Below are positions 52,317-60,406 of a stretch of DNA of 64,000 nucleotides, one piece after another. Both the position numbers and the translations under genes were made by a program. Source of the DNA: a virus. Its lineage: Duplodnaviria > Caudoviricetes. Location: positions 688 through 64,687 of IMG/VR virus record IMGVR_UViG_2808606779_000004; one strand, given 5' to 3'. The first letter of the stretch is position 1, and every line of letters begins with the position of its first letter. Under the pieces are notes generated by a model that saw nothing but the letters and a program-made list of their open reading frames with translations, did no database searches and had not been told where the DNA came from.

Positions 52317-54857
52317 TCACGTGTACGCCATGCCCTCCTCGGCGAACATCGCCTCGATCAGGTTCTTGTTCGTGGCCTCGGCGATGCGCTCGTCGATGCC
52401 GTCCTTGGTCAGGTCGAGCGCCCGCATCACGCCATCGATCTCGGCCACCGCCAAGCACCGCCGAACTCGGTCGGGGTGGTCCTGGGCGTACTTGGAGAGC
52501 GCGGCCCACTTCGCGTGAGTGTCGGCGAGGCTGTGGTTGTGCGGATCGACGATGTCCATCACGTACTTGCCGTCACCCTCGTCATGCCAAAACAGGAAGT
52601 CGGGGTGCATCAGCTGGTACTTGTCGCCGAACTCATACGGCACCGCGAGGGCGTGCTTCCCCGAGGACGGGTTCCGGTACCAGCCGACGAGGGTGGTCGC
52701 CTTGAGCTCAGCTCCGAGCACCGCGGCTTCCCAGGACGACCGGGAGGTGTCGACGGGGAACTCGCCGGCGTTCGGCTTCCCGTCCGGGATCACGTACAGA
52801 TGCGACGGGTACGTCGTGATCGGCTCAGTGGTCCCACCGCGCACCTTCTCAGTCGCCGCGGCGTAGACATCGCGGGCCTCGACCGTCGTCGGCAGCATGG
52901 GCGTGGAGCCGGTGTGCCACAGCGGTTCGATCTGGTCCCGGATGTGGCGGGGTTGCCGTGATACCTCGGACTGATACTGGTTGCGCCACGTGCTCATCAG
53001 CGCCGCGGCTTGGGTCTCGACGGTCTCCTTGAATCCGAGCTCGGCCATCGCGGTCAGGCGCGCCATTGCGTCGACCTCGTCCTCGCCGCGGTCGCACAGG
53101 TCGTTGAAGTACCAGTTGGCCGAGCCGTCTGGCAGGACGCGGCGAGCGCGGCGGAAGTACCCGTCGAGATCACGCTCGTTCGTGGGGATGTCGCTCTTCC
53201 CCTCGCTGAGCATGATCATCTCGCCGTACTCGACAACCGTGGTGTTGATCGTCAGCGACAGGATGTCCTTGGTCTTCGCATCGACTTCGCCGCTACGCTG
53301 GCCGTCCGCGGCCCGCATCTGGTCGACGATCCACTGTCTGGCCTTCGCCGACCCCTGCTCCACGAAGTTGTGCTCGGTGAGCGCCGCTGCGAGACGCATC
53401 AGCTGCGCGGTACGCGAAGCGAACGTGGCCCGCTGCCGCGTGTACGACGGCAAGGTGTCGAGCAGGTCGAACACTTCGGTCGGCACCTTGGAGGAGCGCT
53501 CGCACACCACCGGGGCCACCACGATGTCGACCTCGACGGTCTCGTCCTCGGTCAGCGCGTTCACGACCTTGGCGACGTGCTCGGCCCGGAAGCCTGGGAG
53601 GTAGGCGGCCACTTCGTTCAGGCGATCGTCGCCGTCGACGCGCTTGGCCAGCGGAGTGCGCACGAGCCGGCCGATCAGCTGCGCGATCTCGGTGAAGCTG
53701 TCCTTGTTCTGGAAGCTGATCATCACCTCCGCGCGGGGGCAGTCCCAGCCGGTGGTCAGCGCCGACTTGAACAGCACCACCCGCGCCCGGTCGTCGCCCG
53801 CGATGGCCTCCGGGGCCAGGTACCGCACGGTCTTCTCGCCCACCTTGAGCGGGCCGTGCGGGTCGCCGAAGGCATGCGCGATGGCGTAGTCGGTGAGCTC
53901 CGGCCAGGTCGACGAGATCACTGAGAGGATCTCCGCCAGCCGAGCTTCGGTGACCTTCGGCTCCACCTGGACCACAAGCAGCGGTTCCACCGGCCGGTCG
54001 CCCGTGGTCTCGTGGTGGGTCCGCCACGCCTCGTCGGAGGTCTTCAGGTCCTCGACAGCCAGGGCGAGCATCGTGTTGTCGGCCGCCTGGGTCTCACCGA
54101 CGCTGCGGAGCAGGATGCGGTCCTTGAGCAAGCCGGACTCGCGGACGTCGCCCGGCCGGACTGCATACAGACGTTGCGTGCGGTTCGCCGCCTTCATCGC
54201 TGCATCGAACTTGTCGGGGGTTGCCGAGATGCCGAGAACGACCGGCGCCGCCGGCTGGACCGTGCCGATGTTGGTCGGGCCGCCACCGACGATGGTGCCG
54301 GCGATCGTCTTGCGGTCGGTTGCAGTCGTTCCAGATCCGCGGTGCGCCTCGTCCCAGATCACAATGAAGTCCTCGCCGCGCTCGCGCACGGTGTTGGCGA
54401 TCATGTCCCACACGCCGTGGGTCCGCTTGTCGTTGCGGGTGCCGTCGGCGCGCACCGCGTGCAAGGTGGAGTTCTTCTGCAGTGCCTGGATGTGCACGAA
54501 GTAGATCAGTCCCGGTTCGAGGGTGCGCTGATCTTCCTCGGCGAGGAACCGGATCCGGTTGACGTCGATCCTGCCGCCGGACGCGGTGGTGATCTTGCTG
54601 ATCGTCTGGGCGTTGAGTGCGCGGTCGTCAGTGATCCACAGAACGGTGGTGTTCGGCCTCGGATCCCGGGTCGGTGTACCCAGGTAGATCCCTTCGAGCA
54701 CCGCGGTCGCGATCACGGTCTTCCCCGCGGCGGTCGGGGCGGTGAGACCGACAGCCGTGTGCTCGCCGTCCTCCATGTAGTCGCGGCGCGCCTTGGTAAG
54801 GCTGGACAGCAGTGCATCGACGGCATCGCTCTGGTACGGCTCGAGCGTGAACTTCAT
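52317..54857 (-). CDS. res: Type III restriction endonuclease subunit (SF2 helicase plus nuclease)
   Basis: APTAAGKT, WDEAH, TGWDCPRA, Q..GR..R, C-terminal PDFLF...D..DPH. Confidence 0.9.
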   Translation of the reverse strand: MKFTLEPYQSDAVDALLSSLTKARRDYMEDGEHTAVGLTAPTAAGKTVIATAVLEGIYLGTPTRDPRPNTTVLWITDDRALNAQTISKITTASGGRIDVNRIRFLAEEDQRTLEPGLIYFVHIQALQKNSTLHAVRADGTRNDKRTHGVWDMIANTVRERGEDFIVIWDEAHRGSGTTATDRKTIAGTIVGGGPTNIGTVQPAAPVVLGISATPDKFDAAMKAANRTQRLYAVRPGDVRESGLLKDRILLRSVGETQAADNTMLALAVEDLKTSDEAWRTHHETTGDRPVEPLLVVQVEPKVTEARLAEILSVISSTWPELTDYAIAHAFGDPHGPLKVGEKTVRYLAPEAIAGDDRARVVLFKSALTTGWDCPRAEVMISFQNKDSFTEIAQLIGRLVRTPLAKRVDGDDRLNEVAAYLPGFRAEHVAKVVNALTEDETVEVDIVVAPVVCERSSKVPTEVFDLLDTLPSYTRQRATFASRTAQLMRLAAALTEHNFVEQGSAKARQWIVDQMRAADGQRSGEVDAKTKDILSLTINTTVVEYGEMIMLSEGKSDIPTNERDLDGYFRRARRVLPDGSANWYFNDLCDRGEDEVDAMARLTAMAELGFKETVETQAAALMSTWRNQYQSEVSRQPRHIRDQIEPLWHTGSTPMLPTTVEARDVYAAATEKVRGGTTEPITTYPSHLYVIPDGKPNAGEFPVDTSRSSWEAAVLGAELKATTLVGWYRNPSSGKHALAVPYEFGDKYQLMHPDFLFWHDEGDGKYVMDIVDPHNHSLADTHAKWAALSKYAQDHPDRVRRCLAVAEIDGVMRALDLTKDGIDERIAEATNKNLIEAMFAEEGMAYT

Positions 54858-56938
54858 CGGATACCCCCGGAGAAGTTGACCGTGCAGTTCAGCAGGTAGT
54901 CCTCGTAGAGCTGGACGGTGTCGACCCCGACAGGTAGTCGCTCGACCGCCTGCTGATACTCGGCGAGGGAGTCGGTGACGATGAACAGCACCCCGGGTGG
55001 TTCGCCGGTGGTAGCGGCGGTGGTGACGGCATCCGCGAATGCGACGAGGGTGTCGATGTCGAACAGCACCCCGTAGGTAGCGGTGAGCGCCCAGCCCTCA
55101 CCGGGGTCGGCTTCGATTCGATCCCCACGGGCTCCGCCCTGGAGCCAGAACAGCGGTGCCAACCTGGGGAACTCGATGCCCCGCCGGGCCGAGGAGGGGT
55201 CGAGGTAGACGAGATCGAACATCTCCACGTTCGCCGGCAGACCATCGGAATACTCGGAGCCGTCCGGGCGCACTCCCTTCACCACGGTCGAGATCCGCGG
55301 GCGGCACACGTACTCGAAGATGCCCTTGGACTCCCACTCGGCATCACCCGGATGGAGGCCGGCCTTCCGCAGCTTCTTTGCCTCGGTGGCCGACAACTCG
55401 TTGTTGGTCACCAGGATGGCCTGCCGGTTCCCACCATCCTCAGCGTTGAGACGCATCACCGCTTCGGTGGTGGTGCCGGAGCCGGCGAAGAAGTCGAGGA
55501 TGACGGCGTCGGGGTTGCCCTGACCGAACCCCAACAGGATGTCGGTGAGGAGATCGAGCGGCTTCGGATACGGGAACCGCGCTTCGCCCAAGATTTCGGA
55601 CAGTGCCTTGTTCCCCCGGTTGGTTCGATGGCCGGGTTCGCGCCAGATGGTTGGGACTGAGGTCCCAGCGGTCGTGCCCGCACCGAAGATGAGAGTGGGC
55701 ACTCCCTCCTCCTGCCCGCTCGGAACGAGCACACCCTGCTGGTACTTCTTCTGGTTCCCTCCCGCGATGTACTGGATCCGGTAGTTGTCCTTGCCCTGCA
55801 ACTTCTCGGGGGTGATCCGGATGAGCCCCGCCTCCCAATCCGCGAGCAGCGACTCGGGGATCAGCCGCCATACGCATTCCTTGCCCTGACTGGTTATCGG
55901 CCACACGGCCATGCAGCCGTCCGGGGTCTCGTCGGTGTCGAACACGAAGTCGGCCTTGTCCCCGGTGTACTCACCGCTGCTGATCAGTTGGCCGAGGCTC
56001 TTACCGACTCCTCGCAGGGCGCCAGTCTCGATGTCGACGAAGATCGGGTAGGCCTGGTTGGGCCGCGTCACCGGCGTGAAGGTGGTCAGAGTCATCCGTT
56101 CCCACGGGCTTCGGGCTACTCCTCCGGTGAACGTGGTGGCGCACGGCTCGAATGTCTCAGGGGTAATCGCGATGAGGTACTCGTGCATGTAGTCGAGGCC
56201 GTTGGAAGGCTTGCCGCCACTGGTCTGGACCGTGATGCACTGCACGGATCGAGAACGGAACAACTGCTCGCACAAGCACATGAGGCGATGCACTTCCTGC
56301 GTCCCGATGCTGATGCAGATGACGCCGCGCGGCTTGAGCAGGTCCCGCGCGATGACCAGTCGCCGCTCCAAGAACGACAGCCACTTCGACGACTTCGCCC
56401 GGTCGGCCTGGTCCACGTACCGGTCGTTGTAGATCCAGCCGTCGTTGCCGGTGTTGTAGGGCGGATCGATGTAGATCAGGTCGATCTTCTCGCGGTGGGT
56501 CGTGCGTAGCGCCTGCAGAGCGTGGTAGTTCTCGCCGTTGATCACCACGTGCCACGGGGCGTCCTCGGGACCGTTCGGGATCTGCTCCACCGAGCGCAGG
56601 CCGGGGTAGATCGGCTCCCCGAACTCCCGGACGACGGCGAGGTCGTCCACCGGTCGCTCGCCACCGTCACCGCTGAGGACGGCGACCTTGCGGTCCTGGT
56701 CGGCGAACCCTACGACGATCCAGGTGTCGGTGCTCGACTCGTCACGCAGCGAGACACGGACGCCCTTGCGGATCGGGTAGTCGACCAGGCGGACGGACTC
56801 CGGCAGGTGCCGGTCGAAGACGAGACCGAAGTGGCGGGAGCCGCGCAGCAGGTCCACCTCACGGGCAAGGTGGCTGCGCAGTGACTCGTCCCCGACACGA
56901 CTGATCAACTGGTCGAGGATGTTGGTCTCGTCGGCCAT
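54854..56938 (-). CDS. mod: Type III methyltransferase subunit
   Basis: GENYHAL, IYIDPPYNTG, FPYPKP..LL, LDFFAGSGTT; ATGA overlap with res. Confidence 0.92.
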   Translation of the reverse strand: MADETNILDQLISRVGDESLRSHLAREVDLLRGSRHFGLVFDRHLPESVRLVDYPIRKGVRVSLRDESSTDTWIVVGFADQDRKVAVLSGDGGERPVDDLAVVREFGEPIYPGLRSVEQIPNGPEDAPWHVVINGENYHALQALRTTHREKIDLIYIDPPYNTGNDGWIYNDRYVDQADRAKSSKWLSFLERRLVIARDLLKPRGVICISIGTQEVHRLMCLCEQLFRSRSVQCITVQTSGGKPSNGLDYMHEYLIAITPETFEPCATTFTGGVARSPWERMTLTTFTPVTRPNQAYPIFVDIETGALRGVGKSLGQLISSGEYTGDKADFVFDTDETPDGCMAVWPITSQGKECVWRLIPESLLADWEAGLIRITPEKLQGKDNYRIQYIAGGNQKKYQQGVLVPSGQEEGVPTLIFGAGTTAGTSVPTIWREPGHRTNRGNKALSEILGEARFPYPKPLDLLTDILLGFGQGNPDAVILDFFAGSGTTTEAVMRLNAEDGGNRQAILVTNNELSATEAKKLRKAGLHPGDAEWESKGIFEYVCRPRISTVVKGVRPDGSEYSDGLPANVEMFDLVYLDPSSARRGIEFPRLAPLFWLQGGARGDRIEADPGEGWALTATYGVLFDIDTLVAFADAVTTAATTGEPPGVLFIVTDSLAEYQQAVERLPVGVDTVQLYEDYLLNCTVNFSGGIR

Positions 56939-57081
56939 GCGGTCCTTCCCATTGCGGGCAGCAGTAGGTACGAAGAACTTCTAAATATCTGCGGGCAGAT
57001 TGACCATCGTGAACTCCGCAGTTGACCAGCCTAATCTGTGGCGCCGACACTCTTGGCGAGGCGCGAAGGTCAGTCGTGGAC

Positions 57082-57936
57082 TCAGAAGTCCTGGTCCACC
57101 CGGCGCAAGATGTTCGCGAGCATGATCACCGAGTCCGCGGCGATGCCGGCCTCCCGCCGCGTGGGCGCGGTCGAGTGCTTCACGCTGTGCGCCAGCTCGA
57201 TCACCTTGTTCGCGACACCGCGGATCGCCTCGTTGTCGCTGCCCGCGAGCGAGTCCTCGACGTACCTGCCGATGCGCTGCTTGGTCTTGTCGGCCGGCGG
57301 CTCGGTCTCGCCATCGCGGAGGTGCACGTCGGGGTCGTAGATGGTGCGGCTGAGGGCCTCCAGCACGCCGACGGCGCGGTTACCGACGTCGCGGTAGTCC
57401 TGCGTGGTGGTGGCGGTGCGGAAGCGCCGGCGAAGCTCGGTGAGCTCCTCATCCACCTTCGGCCAGCCCGTCTTAGTGTGCGGCGACACCGCCTCGGCGT
57501 TCACTGCTCGGAACTGGGCGTCCTCCTGCCGATCCAGCTCCGCTTGTACCGGGGCGAACAACTCGTTGAGCAGCTCGCGGCGGGCGTGCCAGGAGTTGTA
57601 GCAGCCGTTGCGCAACCAGTGAGCCTTGAAGCTGGTGAAGTCCCGCCACGGGAAGCTCAGCGTGATACCGATGCGCGAGAGGGTTGCGGTGAGTGCGCGC
57701 TGCGCGATTGCGACTTCCTTGTCGTCGAGGGTGTTACCACCGCCGGTGCCGAACGCGATCAGCTCATCCCATACGAGGTGGGTGAGCGCGACCGCGGCGT
57801 CGAGGTCGTCCGTTCCGGCCACGGGACCGGCCGCCAGTTCCTTCAGGAATGCTCGACGCAGCTTGGTCGTCGTGGTCGTGCCGCTGGTCCACGGACTGAT
57901 CGTCTCGCGCTCTTCGAAGAAATCATCCGGCCCCAT
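57082..57936 (-). CDS. Abi/HEPN-like protein (AbiJ/Abi_C-type, tentative)
   Basis: W..V..E...L.RRF..A....DYRDVG......LEALS...K.....AH.VKH pattern; all-helical. Confidence 0.6.
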   Translation of the reverse strand: MGPDDFFEERETISPWTSGTTTTTKLRRAFLKELAAGPVAGTDDLDAAVALTHLVWDELIAFGTGGGNTLDDKEVAIAQRALTATLSRIGITLSFPWRDFTSFKAHWLRNGCYNSWHARRELLNELFAPVQAELDRQEDAQFRAVNAEAVSPHTKTGWPKVDEELTELRRRFRTATTTQDYRDVGNRAVGVLEALSRTIYDPDVHLRDGETEPPADKTKQRIGRYVEDSLAGSDNEAIRGVANKVIELAHSVKHSTAPTRREAGIAADSVIMLANILRRVDQDF

Positions 57937-58011
57937 GAGGGTCGACGCTACCGATTCCCCGCGACATGCATCGCATGCTGATCTGCGGGATTCGGCTCCC
58001 TGCCCAGCTGT

Positions 58012-58689
58012 CTACTTCCGGCCCCGCTGGAACCGCCAGATCGCGTGGTCGAGAGCCGTGGGCGACATGTCGAGTTCTGGCGCCGCGGCGGTCACGATCT
58101 CGGCGGCGTACGCCGTGTCGACGCTGCGACGAGGTACCTCCAGCGCGTCGGCCACGAACCTGATGATCATCCGATCGGGCTTCACGCCGGGGACACCGGC
58201 GAGCATCAGCACGTACCGCCACGTAATCCCCGAGCGCTGGCCCTTCACCTCGCACCACGCCTTCCGCACCCGCTCCAACCGCGCCTCGTCGTCGGCGGCC
58301 GCGCGGAGAGCGGTGGTGCTGTCGATCCCCTCGGCGGCGAGCACGCGGGCCGCGTCCCGGATCGCCGCCGCCTTCAAGACCCCGCCGCGGGTGGAGGTGC
58401 GGTTACGGGTGCCGATCCGCGCCGCCCAGCCGTCCGGGCCACCGCACTCGTCGAAGGTGGCCAGCAGCTCCGCGGCGCCGTCAGCCGCCGGTTCGCCGTC
58501 CTGTTCTCGGCGGTAGGCGCGGTAGCGGTCGAGTACCTTTCCCACGCTGCTGTAGGTGACGCCGGTGGACTGCACGCTGTCGATCATGCAGAGGGCGAGA
58601 CCGTCCCGGTAACCCTTCGGTGCCTCCGAGCCGCGGAACTGCTCGCAGGCGGCGACGAGGGCGTGGAGCTGCTCGGCTGTGTGGGGCAT
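58012..58689 (-). CDS. HhH-fold DNA glycosylase-like protein
   Basis: LALC.IDSV.S..V.Y..V...; VKGQRSGITWRY.LMLAG.PGVKPDRMI.RFV (HhH followed by conserved Asp). Confidence 0.7.
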   Translation of the reverse strand: MPHTAEQLHALVAACEQFRGSEAPKGYRDGLALCMIDSVQSTGVTYSSVGKVLDRYRAYRREQDGEPAADGAAELLATFDECGGPDGWAARIGTRNRTSTRGGVLKAAAIRDAARVLAAEGIDSTTALRAAADDEARLERVRKAWCEVKGQRSGITWRYVLMLAGVPGVKPDRMIIRFVADALEVPRRSVDTAYAAEIVTAAAPELDMSPTALDHAIWRFQRGRK

Positions 58690-58728
58690 GGGCGACAGCG
58701 TCGCACGGCGGGGTGACAGCGCGGACCG

Positions 58729-59238
58729 CTATTCGCCGCCGAGCGCCCTGGCGAACGCGACCTTGAACTCCGCCTGCCGTCCCGACGACGGGAACGGGAT
58801 GCGCACCTTGCTGACCGGCAGGCCCGTGTCGGCCACCGCGGTGTACGCCGCGTCGTAGACGTCGGTCTTGATCAGGATGATGCGTTCGGGTTCCAGCTCC
58901 GCGATCCGGTGCAGTAGAGCCGGAACGTGCGGCCTCAGCTCCGACAGGCTGGCCCGGCTGTTCACGATGGGGTCAGGCTTCAGATCGATCAGGAACACGC
59001 CGCGGTCGCGCAGCTGCTCCAGGAGGGCCGCCTTGTTGTCCCTGGTGAGTCCGGCGTCCGGCAGGAGCGCCCGCACGACCGCCCAGAACAGCCAGTCGTG
59101 CTGCGCCACGTCGGGGAAGTAGAAGTAGCGATCGTCGGCCTCGGGCGGAGCTTGCGCTACCAGGAGCAGCCGGATTGTGTCGGGCTGGTACTGCCTGGCA
59201 GCAGCAGCCCGGCGCTCGCGGACCTCGGCGTTGGTCAT
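58729..59238 (-). CDS. UDG-fold protein
   Basis: Y.P..IRLLLVAQAPP....YFY; GVFLIDL...P; IPFPS. Confidence 0.7.
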   Translation of the reverse strand: MTNAEVRERRAAAARQYQPDTIRLLLVAQAPPEADDRYFYFPDVAQHDWLFWAVVRALLPDAGLTRDNKAALLEQLRDRGVFLIDLKPDPIVNSRASLSELRPHVPALLHRIAELEPERIILIKTDVYDAAYTAVADTGLPVSKVRIPFPSSGRQAEFKVAFARALGGE

Positions 59239-59549
59239 TCCCCGGCGCGGTCCACGCACTCCCACCGCTTCCACGTGCCGACCGGATACGTCCGCAGCAC
59301 CACACCGAGGTAGATGATCTCGAGGGTGCCCTCGTTCTCGTCGGCGCGCAGCTTCTCCACGTCGAGGTATCGGGTGCCCGCGACGTGCTCCACTTCGCCG
59401 GAGCTCAACCACACTGTGACGGCTCCCCGCCCGGACATCAGGCACTCGGCGTAGTAGCGCGAGTCGCACTCCATCACCGACGTGGCCATCGGCCCCGACG
59501 CTGCGTAGAACCGCTCGGCCGCCGTCACATCACTGCTGCTGTTAGTCAT
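59235..59549 (-). CDS. Hypothetical protein coupled to the UDG-fold gene
   Basis: ATGA overlap at 59235-59238; start uncertain. Confidence 0.45.
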   Translation of the reverse strand: MTNSSSDVTAAERFYAASGPMATSVMECDSRYYAECLMSGRGAVTVWLSSGEVEHVAGTRYLDVEKLRADENEGTLEIIYLGVVLRTYPVGTWKRWECVDRAGE

Positions 59550-59631
59550 GCTGGAAACGCTACTTCGGGACCGTGCAGACGCCCCCGCGCGTGAACCGCT
59601 GGTGATTGCGCGGCGGGTCGCCTCCCCGTAG

Positions 59632-59937
59632 GTGTTCTCTGTTTTAGAGAATCAGCGCGTGTACAACGAGGTCCGTGTTCCGTTCTCCCTCGACGATCTT
59701 CCCGAGGGTGAATCGATCGCCCTCCACGATGTCGACGGCTTCATCCCGTACCTGACCGAGCGATGGCCGGAAGGCGGGCGGCCCGACCGCGTGGAGATAT
59801 CCGGGCCGGGTGCCCCCAAGAGCGTCGATGGGTGGATCGTGTTCCGCCTACCGCCGCGGGAGCAAGAAGCGGATCCGGATGCGAAGGTCATCGACTGGGA
59901 GCAGTTGCGGCCGCAGCAGCGGGAGAAGGAAGACTAG
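59632..59937 (+). CDS. Hypothetical protein
   Basis: 101 aa with normal composition. Confidence 0.45.
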   Translation: MFSVLENQRVYNEVRVPFSLDDLPEGESIALHDVDGFIPYLTERWPEGGRPDRVEISGPGAPKSVDGWIVFRLPPREQEADPDAKVIDWEQLRPQQREKED

Positions 59938-60008
59938 CTTCTGCGGTCCAAGGCGGTAAGCCGCCCAAACTCGGCGGAGTTTCCGGAGTGTCGCGGCTCT
60001 GCGGCACT

Positions 60009-60350
60009 CGCGGTCGCGCGGTCAGGATCGCGGTCGTGAACCGCGGTGGATTCCGCTGGTCACAGCGTTTCGCGGTCGCGCGGTCGCCGCGGTCGAGGGG
60101 GACCCCCTGGGTGCCTCTCTCCGCGTAGGAGAAGTAGTTAGAAGAAGCAAGAAAATTGGTGCTTCGTATCTAGGACATTTCGGACATTTTCAAGAGACAG
60201 ACCCTCAGAGCGTTTCCCTGGGGGGGGTACCGACCGCGGCGACCGCGCGACCGCGATTGAGGCAAAAACATGTCCTGAACTGCACGAACCACCGCGGTCA
60301 TTCGCAACGCTAACGACCGCGATCGCGGTCGTTTCCGCGGTTTCGCGGTC
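60009..60350. repeat. Iteron array (CGCGGTC/GACCGCG) around an A/T-richer core: putative replication origin
   Basis: Six CGCGGTC at 60009-60094, three GACCGCG at 60232-60255, 26-bp perfect IR 60070-60095/60231-60256, 22-bp palindrome 60312-60333. Confidence 0.8.
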
Positions 60351-60363
60351 GCCCGATACGCAG

Positions 60364-60390
60364 AACGCCCCGCCGAGATGGCGGGGCGTT
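60364..60390. terminator. Hairpin downstream of the helicase gene
   Basis: AACGCCCCGCC-gagat-GGCGGGGCGTT. Confidence 0.7.
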
Positions 60391-60406
60391 CCTGTTAGCC
60401 GGTGTG

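Noticed and set aside
60009-60350. CRISPR array
   Set aside because: Repeats are 7-mers in both orientations with irregular short gaps; no spacers and no cas genes.
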